A DNA stretch of 64,000 nt from contig OZ336882.1 of assembly GCA_965287045.1 (NCBI GenBank), positions 64,666,001 through 64,730,000 of the forward strand, written 5' to 3'. Positions 50,431 to 60,512 of this stretch are shown here, piece after piece (positions within the stretch are counted from its first letter, which is position 1; each line of letters starts with the position of its first letter). The translations under genes and the position numbers were made by a program. Origin of the DNA: Carcharhinus amblyrhynchos (lineage: Eukaryota). The notes beneath the pieces are model-generated. The model was not told the origin of the DNA and ran no database searches. It was given only the letters and a program-made list of their open reading frames with translations.

Positions 50431-52049
50431 CTTGACCAATCAGAGTCAAGCTCTGTTTCAAATTTCAAAAAGCAGTCAACTGTCAGTCACCTGGTGGATT
50501 CTCCATAGCAACACCTATCAACATCCTGATTGGACAAGAGGAATGAAGCAGCGAATGGTAGTTGCTTATTTTGTTTAGTTGAAACAGGAACAATGTGTGC
50601 ACATGTTCTTCCTGTCCGCAAAGAACAGGGTCCCGTGTATTCATAGATGCCACTTCCAACATCACGCTGCGAGTTTGACCGACAATCTTACGTTGGTTGT
50701 TAGCGTAATTCTTAACACACTGGGGATTATTTAGCAAATGTTGTCCAATCGAGGAATCACATCTAAAGTTTGAGTTTTGCAAGCAAGGGCTGGTTGGTTA
50801 CGGTTTGTACTTTACCTTATGCTCACAGCGGAAGGGACATGTTACTTGATAGTCTTTGGGACATACAGCTGACAAACCATGCATTACACTGGCACTGAAA
50901 TTCAAACAGTACATTACTAATTTGTGCGATAGGTGCAATTTTTTTTGACTTGACAGCAGCATCTTGTTAGTGGTGAATACCACTCGTGTTGCTACTGCAA
51001 AGTATCAGTGTGAAACAGCTAGTTTCACCTGTTGCCCAAATTTTTGATATACCTTACCTTTTCAGGGTATTCTGAGGTCGACTGGGCAATTTATGGAACG
51101 AGAAGTGGCAGTTAGCGTCCACTTGCCAAACCATCAGTTCTCCCTTCTTATACTGTATAGATTGTTTTTCTCCCCCTCATACTGGTATTCTTGCAAAGTG
51201 TCCTGATGAATGCAAGATAAAAAGCTTTGGCGTGTCTCTTTCTTCAGCAATACTAAATTCTGTACTCCCAAACGATTACTTATTTTATCCCTATAAATGA
51301 AGTGATTATTAAACTTTAAAAACCTAGAGTACCTTCCAGCAACTAACATGTGGAAAGGCTAAATGTGACACTAAGTTGTATTGTTTTTGGCACAGAGCTT
51401 TAAGCCTCCAGTTATACATGGGCCAAAGTGACATTGATGTGCTCTGCCTTGGTGCCTGAGCAAAATGGCGTTCACGTCTGGTGTTTCTTAAAGGTACAGA
51501 CCAGCACCTTCCAATCTTTCTGAATCGATGCAGATTAACCCATTTTGGACTTGTGCCTGGTTTGACTCATCCCCAGTTTTACCAATTCTTGGGTTGGCCA
51601 CTAGATGGAGTACCATCTTAAAAGGGCATTTTCCTCTTTCAGCCCTAAGGCAAAACATTGCCAATGATGGAAATGGGAAATAAAATCAAAAATAGGAATG
51701 CTGGAAAGACTCAGCAGGTCAGGCAGCCTCTGTGGAGAAAGAAACAGAGTTAACAATCGGGTAGATGGCCAAGGCATCAGAACTGAAGGAAAGTAGAATT
51801 ACTAAACAAGGAGAATTGGGGTGGGTGAGGATGTTGGTGGTGGGGGGAAGGGGAGGGGTGGGAACAGGAAGAACAAAAATGAATCTCTGTGATAGGGTGG
51901 AGGGCAGGTAAGATTAAGAACAAAGAACAAAGAACAACCCAGCACGGGAAACAGGCCCTTCGGCCCAACAAGCCCGCGCCGCCATCTTAACAAAATATTT
52001 CATTATCCAACAGCCAAAGAGAGTGGTAATGGGTATAGAAAAGAAACAA

Positions 52050-52565
52050 TCATACAATCCCTACAGTGTAGAAGAAGGCCATTTGGCCCATCAATCCTGC
52101 ACTGATAACAATCCCATCTAGACCCTATCCCTGTAACTGCATATATTTACCCCACCAATCCCTCTAATCTACACATCCCAGGACACTAAGGGGAGATTTA
52201 GCATGGCCTATGAACCGAACCCACGTATCTTTGGACTTTGGGAGGAAACCGGAGTACCCGGAGGAAACCCATGCAGACACGACGGAACATGCAAACTCCG
52301 CACACACAGTGAACCAAGCCAGGAATCAAACGCAGGTGCCTGGAGCTGTAAGTCAGCACTGCTAACCACAGTGTCACCGTGCCACTGACATTGTAGGGAA
52401 TCATAGAATCCCGACAGTGCAGAAGGAGGCCGTTCAACCCATCGAGTCTGCAAAAGCAACAATCCCGCCCAGGCTCTATCCCCGTAACTCCACAAATTTA
52501 CCCTCCTGATCCACCTGACTCTAAGGGTCAATTTAGCATGGCCAATCAACCTAACTTGCACATCC
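52050..52565 (-). mobile_element. Two HE1 SINEs (52050-52385 full, 52398-52565 partial)
   Basis: Head, V-domain and tails in reverse complement. Confidence 0.88.
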
Positions 52566-52882
52566 CCAGATTGTGTTGTGATAGTGCATCCATCAGAATG
52601 CAATACGAAGGGTTAAAGTAAAATACAAATTAGCAAAAACAACTCAAAAAATACACAGGACAAGATGGAGACAAAGGTTATGTTCTAAAGTTCTTCAACT
52701 CAATATTGAGTCTAGAAGGCTGTAGCGTACCAAGACACAAGATGAGGTGCTGTTCCTCAAGCTTACATGGTGCTTCACTGGAACACTGTAGCTGGCCAAG
52801 GACAGAGAGATCAGAGTGGAAACCTGGTGGAAAATTAAAATGACAAGTGGCAGGAAACTCAGGCTGATGTTGCAGATGACCA

Positions 52883-53085
52883 GAAGCATAGAAAATAGGA
52901 GCAGGGGGTGGAGCCTGCTCCACCATTCAATATGACCATGGCTGAACCTCTATCTCAATACCATATCCCCATGCGCTCCCCATGCTCCTGGATGTCTTTA
53001 GAATCTGGAAATCTATCTATTTCCTTCTTAAACATATTCAGTAACTTGGCCTCCACAGCCTTCTATGGTGAAGAATTCCATAGGA
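52883..53085 (-). mobile_element. CR1 3' end
   Basis: WNSSP*KAVEAKLLNMFKKEIDRFPDSKDIQE, then the CR1 tail. Confidence 0.8.
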
Positions 53086-53088
53086 TCA

Positions 53089-54622
53089 TCACAAAAGGCT
53101 GTGCTGATACAGTTGTCAATGCAAAAAGCAGCAACGATACAGTTGTCAATGTAGTACCGATACAGTCATCAATGCAAAAGTGCTGCTGATACAGTCACCA
53201 ATGAAACATGGATACAGTCGTCAGTGAAACACCAAAACGGTCCTCAATGCAAAAAGTAACAATGATACAGTCATCAATGCAAAAAAGCAGTGACGCTACA
53301 ATTGTCAATGCAAGAAGCTGCACAGATACGGTCATCAATGCAAAAAGCTGCATGGATACAGTCGTCAATGCAAAAAGCAGTGTGGATAAAGTCATCAATG
53401 CAAAATGCAGGGATGATACAGTCATCAATGCGAGGAACAGCACCGATAGAGTCTTCAATGCAAAACACAGTGACAATGCAGTCATCAATGCAAAAAGCAA
53501 GGACGATACAGTCATCAATGCAAAATGTAGTGATGATACAGTCAGCAATGCAAAACGCAGTATTGATACACTCATCAATGCAATACGCAGTGATGATACA
53601 GTCATCAACGCAAAATACGGGGAAGATACAGTTGTCAAAGCAAAAAACAACACTGATACAGTTGTCAATGCAAAACACAGTGACGATACAATTATCAATG
53701 CAAAACACAGCACTGATACAGTCATCAATGCAAAACGCAGCACTGATCCAGTCACCAATGCAAAATGCAGGGATGATACAGTCATCAGTGCAAAAAGCAG
53801 GGATGATACAGTCATCAGTGCAAAACACAGTGACGATACAGTCATCAATGCAAAACGCAGTGATGACACAGTCATCAATGCAAAACGCAGTGATGATACA
53901 GTCATCAATGCAAGAAGCAGCACTGATACGATCATCAATGCAAAACACAGGGGTGATACAGTCATCAATGCAAAACACGCGGATGATACAGTTGTCAAAG
54001 CAAAAAACAGCACCAATACTGTCGTCAATGCAAAATGCAGTGATGATACAGTCATCAATGCAAAACACAGTGACGATACAGTCATTAACGCAAAACGCAG
54101 CACTGATACAGTCACCAATGCAAATCACAGCACTGATACAGTCATCAATGCAAAATGCAGTGACGACACAGTCATCGATGCAAAATGTAGGGATGATACA
54201 GTCATCAATTCAAAACACAGTGACAATACAGTCATCAATGCAAAACGCAGTGACGATACAATCATCAATACAAAAAGCAGCACTGATACAATCATCAATG
54301 CAAAATGTAGGGATGATACAGTCATCAATGCAAAACGTAGTGACGATACAATCTATGCAAAACGCAGCACTGATACAGTCGTGGATACAAAACACAGTGA
54401 CAACACAGTCATCAATGCAAAACGCAGTGATGATACAGTCATCAATGCAATAAGCAGCACTGATACAATCATTAATGCAAATCGCGGGGATGATACAGCC
54501 ATCAATGTAAAACACGGGGATGTTACAGTTGTCAAAGCAAAAAACAGCTTCAATACAGTCGTCAATGCAGCAGTGAAACAGTTGTCAGTGCAAAAAACAG
54601 TGCCAGTGCAGTCATCAATGAA
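53089..54622 (-). repeat. 30-bp minisatellite, ~50 units, derived from the Penelope RT catalytic motif
   Basis: Unit (-) attgatgactgtatcagtgctgcgttttgc = IDDCISAAFC; the first unit is the RT's own FIDDCTGTVFC at 54622-54590. Confidence 0.92.
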
Positions 54623-55064
54623 TCAAAAAAAAATGAGGAAGAGAGCCCAGATACGATTGAAATAGTGAATGTTTCACGTAAGCCACAAAAAAAGTATGCA
54701 TAACTAGGAGCCAATAGCAATAGCTTTTATTTGGAGGAAGTGAGTGGAGTTAAAGAAGTTGTTCAGAGTGAGAATAGGTTGAGTCAGTTAGAGGAGGATG
54801 GGAATGGTGAATGGGACAGGTTCAACAATCCAAGAGGCAGAGAGCTCTGAGCCTATCCTGATGTGGGTGGAGGTGCAGAGAGATGGAATGTCCGTAGTGA
54901 TGAGGAAATGGTTAGGGTCTGGGAAACTGGAACTGCTGAATTGACATAGGGCATCGGAGGAAGCGTTTGTAGTTTAAAGTTTATTTATTAGTGTCACGAG
55001 AAGGCTGACATTCAAAAGGAGAGAAAAGAAAGGAGTCAAGTTCGGAAGGGCAGCCTTGGTGTAG

Positions 55065-55448
55065 TAGAATGGCCCTCGGAAATAGAAAAGCCAAAGCCTA
55101 GTTGCAAAACTCAACAGGCTTTACCACCACTAGTGAATTTACATCCATGAGAATGGCCAGACTAACCATGAGAGAGGCTACATATAGATTTTCCTGGGCC
55201 ATTTATGGGTAATATGTTTCTCACACAAGTGGATACAAACTCCAAGTGGTTAGATGTGCAATCGATGAAGTCCACAACAGCTAGAGCCACTATTGACAAG
55301 TTAAAGAAGATATTTGCTAGGAATTCCAGAGGCAGTTGTTTTGACAATGGCACATCATCCACAGTGGAAAAATTCCAAAGTTTCTCAAGCCCAATGGCAT
55401 TCGTCATGTGAAGTTCAGCACCTTACCAGCCAGAATCAAATGGGCAAA
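55065..55448 (+). mobile_element. Ty3/Gypsy integrase fragment
   Basis: RLHIDFPGPFMGNMFLTQVDTNSKWLDV...KIFA/GIPEAVV/DNG...SAPYQPESNG. Confidence 0.88.
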
Positions 55449-55450
55449 TC

Positions 55451-55584
55451 TGACTCTCTGGCAGTGCAGCACTCCCTCAGTACTGACCCCCTGACAGTGC
55501 AGCACTCCCTCAGTACTGACCCTCTGGCAGTGCAGCACTCCCTCAGTACTGACCCTCTGGCAGTGCAGCACTCCCTCAGTACTG
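55451..55584. repeat. 33-bp tandem repeat x4, SINE-derived
   Basis: Unit tgaccctctggcagtgcagcactccctcagtac; the core matches the SINE body near 48220. Confidence 0.9.
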
Positions 55585-55637
55585 TAGTACTTACACTGAA
55601 GCGTTCGTCTAGATTAGATAACCAATGATCTTTGGAT

Positions 55638-55760
55638 GAATAGAATCATATTTTTTATGGCTCAGCAGGAGGCCATTTGGCCCATTATGTCTCCCTAAAA
55701 AAAATCATGATTTAGTGCCATTCGTCTGCATTTTCCCCATACCCCTGCACATTTTCTATA
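55638..55760 (-). mobile_element. CR1 3' tail
   Basis: Matches the tail at 16665-16795 (ggaggccatttgg...tttagtgccatt). Confidence 0.7.
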
Positions 55761-55772
55761 TTGTTACTTTTT

Positions 55773-55955
55773 GCGAGGATTCTGACTTAGATACGTTCAG
55801 TCATAATCCCACAGATGGTATTTTCGCGCCATTAGCTCTTCAACCAAGCACATACACCAAATGTCTGAACCTGCGGTTCTTCTCGTACTGAGCAGGATTA
55901 CTATTGCAACGCCACTTTGTAATCATCAGTAGGGTAAAGCTAACCTGTCTCACAA
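55773..55955 (-). pseudogene. 28S rRNA 3'-domain fragment (pseudogene)
   Basis: Reverse complement reads gtgagacaggttag.tttaccctactgatga...gtaatcctgctcagtacgagaagaaccgcaggttcagacatttggtgtatgtgcttgg...ccatctgtgggattatgactgaacg; includes the sarcin-ricin loop agtacgaga.gaac. Confidence 0.92.
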
Positions 55956-56534
55956 TACTATGATAACACTACCTACCGACCCATAGACCTCAGAATGATC
56001 TTGCCAGAGTAAAGAAAGGTTTAAAATCAGTCAAATCTTTCAGTTTAACCACTGTTAATCAACTATCTATCAACTATCTATATTTCTAATCTCTCACATT
56101 CTCGTCTACTTTGATGATGCTGAATATGACTTCTGTCTTCATAAGTATTTTAGATTTTCTTTAATTAAAGATGTGAAGCAATTATTGTGATACCAACTCA
56201 ACTAATTTCTTCCCAACTTGAATGAGAAAGGAAAGGTCAGGATGCACACCAATAATGGTAAATCAATCGAGGTGATTGAATTTAGATTTTATCATCTGGG
56301 TGCACAAGGATATTGGAGGTCATGGAAGCCCGGAGAGATGTTTCTTTAGAGCAGTATTTAAAGTAGAATGTAGAGAGATAATCAGAAGAGAAATGCAAAG
56401 GCCAGGGTAACACAACTAATGAACGTGATTGTTTGGTAGTGAAGTAGTTTGGGTATCCCACCAGCTATTGGAAGTAAAAAGCAAACCATGTTCATCAGCC
56501 CCTCAAAACAGTCATCTTCATCAAATTTTATAAA

Positions 56535-57235
56535 AATGCATTCATGGGATGTGTCCAGGCCAGCATTCATTGTCTATCCCTAATCGCCCTTGAGAAGATG
56601 GTGGTGAGCCAATTTTTTGAATTGCTACAGACTATCTGGTTTCGGTAACCCACAGTGCTGTTAGAAAGGAAGTTACCCAGTGACAATGATAGAAGGGCAG
56701 ATGTATTCCAAGTCAAGATGGTACACAATTGGAGGGGAACTTGGTGGTGCCTCCATTATTCTGTTGCCCTTGTGCTTCTAGTTGATAGAAGTCATGGCAG
56801 GAACTCTACCCCCTCATCCGCCATGGAATTGGCAAGTGCGGGTGTCCGACAACAAAAATTTCTGTTGACTTGTGGCAGGAATTTCCAGCCTTGCCTGAGG
56901 AAGGCCATAAAATTCTGTCCCATGTGTTTAGAAGATTCTGTCAAAGGAGCTTTGGCAAGTGATTGCAATGCATCTTACAGATGATGCAAAACACTGCCAC
57001 TGTGCCTCGGTGGTGCAGACAGAGAATGTTTAATGTGGAAAATAGATAGTCAATTAAGCAGGATGACCTATTTTGGATGGTGTTGAGCTTTTTGAATGTC
57101 ATTAGAGCTGCATTCATCCAGGCAAGTAAAGAGCATTCCATCACACTCCTGACTTGTGTCTTGTAGATGGTGGACAGGCTTTGAGGAGGCAGGAGGCAAG
57201 TTATTCATTGCAGAATTCCCAGCCTCTGACTTGCC
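56535..57235 (-). mobile_element. 3' end of a second CR1/L2-group LINE lineage, with a nested MITE (~56797-56921)
   Basis: MECSLLAWMNAA...KKLNTIQ...LHHRGTVA...KMHC; tail shared with the 11922-type SINE. Confidence 0.8.
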
Positions 57236-57274
57236 TAAAATAATTGAACTAAGATGTCTTCCAGTCCCAACAAA

Positions 57275-57600
57275 TCTAGATATTTGAATTCTCATCCTCA
57301 TGTTCAGACACTTCCATGGCCACATCCTTCCTGATATCCCTAACCTCTTACTGCCCTCCAACAACTCCAAGTTCCTCCAATCCTGGTATCTTCTATATCT
57401 CCTCTCCACTTCACCCACACTTATTGGTGGTGGACCTTTAGCTGTTAAGGCCCTAAACTCTGAAATTCATTAGCGCCTCTCCGTCCTCTTTTAAGATGCT
57501 CCTGTCGCTGAACTTTTGGTCACTTGTCTATCAATATCTGATGGAGTTCACTGAAGTGTCTTGTACCGACCAGAGGCATTGTAAGTGCAAGCTGGTTTTG
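57275..57600 (+). mobile_element. L2-like LINE 3' fragment
   Basis: Similar to 9450-9725; ends ggcattgtaagtgcaag. Confidence 0.55.
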
Positions 57601-57744
57601 TTATAACGGGCCAAGGAGTACATTGAACATTTGTCCATTATCACCTACACCGTTTGTTCAACTTATAATAAATGTATTATTTATGTTCATCTTTCTTTTC
57701 TTCAGCAGTCCATGTATATCTGAAATTTAAATGTTTAACATTGC

Positions 57745-58300
57745 TTTCTGATTTGATTTGATTTGATTTGTTATTGTCACATCTATTGGTATACAATGAA
57801 AAGTATTGTTTCTTGACACTAAGGTAGGGCCAGTCAAAAGTCTACTGGCAGCAGGGAAGAAGCTATTCTTGAGTTGGTTAGTACATGATCTCCGACTTTT
57901 ATAACATTTTCCCAATGGAAGAAGTGGAGGAGAGTATGTCAGGGTATGTGGGGGTCCTTGATTATGCTGGTTGCTCCACTGAGGTAGTGGGAAGTATAGA
58001 CAGAGTTAATGAATGGGAGGCTGGTTTGTGTGTGGACTGAGCTTCGGTCATGACCCTTCGTAGTTTCTTGCAGTCTTGGTCAGAGCAGGAGCCATACCAA
58101 GTTGTGATATATCAGGAAAGCGAGCATTCTATGGTACATCTGTAAAAGTTGGTGAGAGTCATAGTGGACATGCCAAATTTCCTTAGCTTTCTGAAAAAGT
58201 AGAAGAATTGGTGGGTTTTCTTAACTATAGTGTCTGGACAACTAGAAACATGAAGCTCTTGACTATTTCGTCATATTGATGTAAACTGGGGCATGTCATT
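57745..58300 (-). mobile_element. Rex1/Babar-like LINE 3' fragment
   Basis: TNFYRCTIECSLS..IT.WYGSCS; GKCYKSRRSCTNQLKNSFFPAASRLL; (aaatc)n tail. Confidence 0.8.
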
Positions 58301-58691
58301 TTCTATGATTCACTTTGACCTATTCTGTATGGTGTCCTTCCTCAGCCCTTCATCTAGGTTTCTCTAGTGATTCTCTGATATTCAGTTTGTTCCTTCAGTC
58401 AATGTTGTTGGCAAGACTTTTATTGGACTCAATGGTAGAGACCCTTTGGTATCATCAAATAGGGGCTTCAGCACTTTAGGAAGTGAGGCTTACCTTTCCC
58501 TCAGCAGTTTTCTTTCCCTATCCTGGACATTATGATTCATATTGAGTGACAGCTACCGAGGGATCAGTACTTCTGTTACCTAATGTGCCTGATGCTAAAA
58601 AGATGAGGAAAAGAGGGTTGTGTTTTTATAATGACATTAGGGCACCAATCACTCATAAGGGATTGTGCAAGCAGGCTGAGGGCTTGTTTAT

Positions 58692-59997
58692 TAAGAAAAG
58701 GCACATTGATCAGGAATAGTCAGCATGGTTTTGTCAAGGGCAGGTCGTGCCTTACGAGCCTGATTGAGTTCTTCGAAAATGTGACTCAACACATTGACGA
58801 AGGAAGTGCAGTGGACGTGGTGTACATGGACTTCAGCAAGGCGTTTGATAAGGTCCTCCATGCAAGACTTCTTGAGAAGGTGAGAGGGCATGGGATCCAA
58901 GGGCCTTTGGCCTTGTGGATCCAGAACTGGCTTGCCTGCAGAAGGCAGAGAGTGGTTGTGGATGGGTCTTTTTCTGAATGGAGGTCAGTCACCAGTGGAG
59001 TGCCCCAGGGATCTGTTCTAGGACCCTTGCTGTTTGTCATTTTCATAAATGACCTAGATGAGGAAGTGGAGGGATGGGTAAGTAAGTTCGCTGATGTCAC
59101 GAAGGTCGGTGGTGTTGTGGATGGTCTGGAAGGATGTCAAAAGTTGCAGCAGGACATAAATAGGATGCAGGACTGGGCGGAGAAGTGGCAGATGGACTTC
59201 AACACGGATAAATGTGTAGTCGTCCATTTTGGCAGAACCAATGGGATGAACGAGTACACTATCGAGGGCAGGAGTCTTAGTAGTGTTGAAGAGCAGAAGG
59301 ATCTTGGGGTCTGGGTCCACAGGACTCTTAAATCGGCCTCGCAGGTGGAGGATGTGGTCAAGAAGGCGTATGGTGTACTGGCCTTCATTAATCGAGGGAT
59401 TGAGTTTAGGAATCGGGAGGTAATGCTGCAACTTTATAAGACCCTTGTCAGGCCTCATTTGGAGTACTGTGCGCAGTTCTGGTCACCTCACTATAGGAAG
59501 GACGTAGAAGCTATTGAAAGGGTACAGAGGAGATTTACAAGGATGTTGCCTGGACTGGGAGGCATGCCTTATGAAGTTAGGTTGAGGGAGCTGGGACTCT
59601 CTTCCCTGGAGAGACGAAGGTTGAGAGGCGACCTGATAGAAGTTTATAAAATGTTGAGTGGAATAGATAGGGTGGATTCTCAGAGGCTATTTCCCCGGGT
59701 TGAAATGGTCGCTAAGAGAAGACACAGATTGAAGGTGCGGGGAGGCAAGTACAGAAGTGATGTTAGGGGTAAGTTTTTCACTCAGAGGCTGGTGAGTGAA
59801 TGGAATCGGCTGCCGTCAGTGGTGGTGGAGGCGAACTCACTGGGGTCTTTTAAAAGACTTCTGGATGAGTATATGGAATTTAATGGGATTGGGGGTTATA
59901 GATACGTCTATTGATTGGTAGGTGTTGATGTGATCGGCGCAACTCATGGGCCGAAGGGCCTGTTTGTGCTGTAGTGTTCTATGTTCTATGTTCTATG
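58692..59997 (+). mobile_element. Young 5'-truncated CR1 with an uninterrupted ~400-aa RT fragment
   Basis: SQHGFVKGRSCLT...SGVPQGSVLGPLLF...KFADVTK (catalytic DD changed to DV)...FFTQRLVSEWNRLP; tail (ttctatg)3. Confidence 0.96.
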
Positions 59998-60441
59998 TTA
60001 AAACATCTATACAGAGGCATAATACTTGAAGACATCAGAACTGCATAAGTACGCTGCTAAAATGCAAAAGTGAAACTAAAACTGGATCACATGGCACACT
60101 TCCTTTCTAGTGATGTCATGTTGCAAATCCCTAAAAGGGATACTACAATGAAGGGAGGACCCATATCACCCCACTATTCAGATCAAGAGTTCAACAGACA
60201 TTGATCAGGAACATGAAGCGTGCCTAAGTTCCCCCTTCCTATCTAAGAGACCCCAGTGGGAATTGAAGCATGTCCCACTGTCACCAGAGTAAAGATCACT
60301 TAATTCAACCAGCCCAAAGTGGAAGAGGTCCCTGGGGCAATTCAGTTCTGTACGGCTTAATTTCTTAAACAACAAAATCATCGCGCGATGGGGAGCTTGT
60401 ACCAACACCTTTTAACTGAAGGAATAACTTTGTGTTTGTAC

Positions 60442-60512
60442 CTGCCCGAAGCAAAATCCAGAACCCAATGTGTTAATGGAATGAAACCTGTATTTAGCCA
60501 AGCATCCTGTGT
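60442..60512 (-). CDS. Candidate 71-nt exon
   Basis: Long pyrimidine tract tctttctctgtttccttttcccttctgcaag| and donor cag|gtacaa; two frames open. Confidence 0.15.

Larger units (their letters stand above)
49665..51089. repeat. 569-bp inverted duplication (49665-50233 vs 50521-51089), 287-bp spacer
   Basis: Reverse-complement match with about 8 substitutions counted by eye and no indels; explains the mirrored ORF pairs. Confidence 0.92.
48766..51278 (+). mobile_element. Decayed Penelope-like element (family C) with an inverted 5' terminal repeat
   Basis: KADKG, LHPVLKFTFEMEQ, LPFLD, FTGQYTGWDS (RT); SIGQHLLNNPQC...LEVASMNTRDPVLCGQ (GIY-YIG end); 48766-48900 is a diverged reverse complement of 51112-51250; both carry hammerhead-like ctgatga..aagctt. 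Confidence 0.88.
51688..55060 (-). mobile_element. Fragmented Penelope-like element (family B): RT 55060-54590, GIY-YIG C-terminus 52880-52678, 3' terminus 51790-51688
   Basis: FLITTDIPSLCTS, LTLNNFFNSTHFLQIKAIAIG, PSYAYFF, FIDDC; CHFN...DLSVLGQLQC...KLEEQHLILCLGTLQPSRLNIE; terminus matches 47081-47217. Confidence 0.88.

Noticed and set aside
49771-50983. Duplicated small genes (mirrored MVFTTNK and MQNSNFR ORFs)
   Set aside because: Fragments of a dead PLE ORF copied by the inverted duplication.
53089-54622. CRISPR-like array, or membrane-protein gene (minus-strand ALMTVSSLRF frame)
   Set aside because: Units are contiguous with no unique spacers and no cas genes; the hydrophobic frame is an alternate reading of the RT-derived unit.
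55451-55584. CRISPR repeat
   Set aside because: Head-to-tail units without spacers; eukaryotic SINE-derived sequence.
55773-55955. Functional rDNA or contaminant
   Set aside because: Only ~180 nt, substitutions in conserved positions, embedded among host repeats.
58631-59914. 427-aa host gene
   Set aside because: 5'-truncated CR1 ORF2 with a chance upstream ATG and a mutated catalytic motif.
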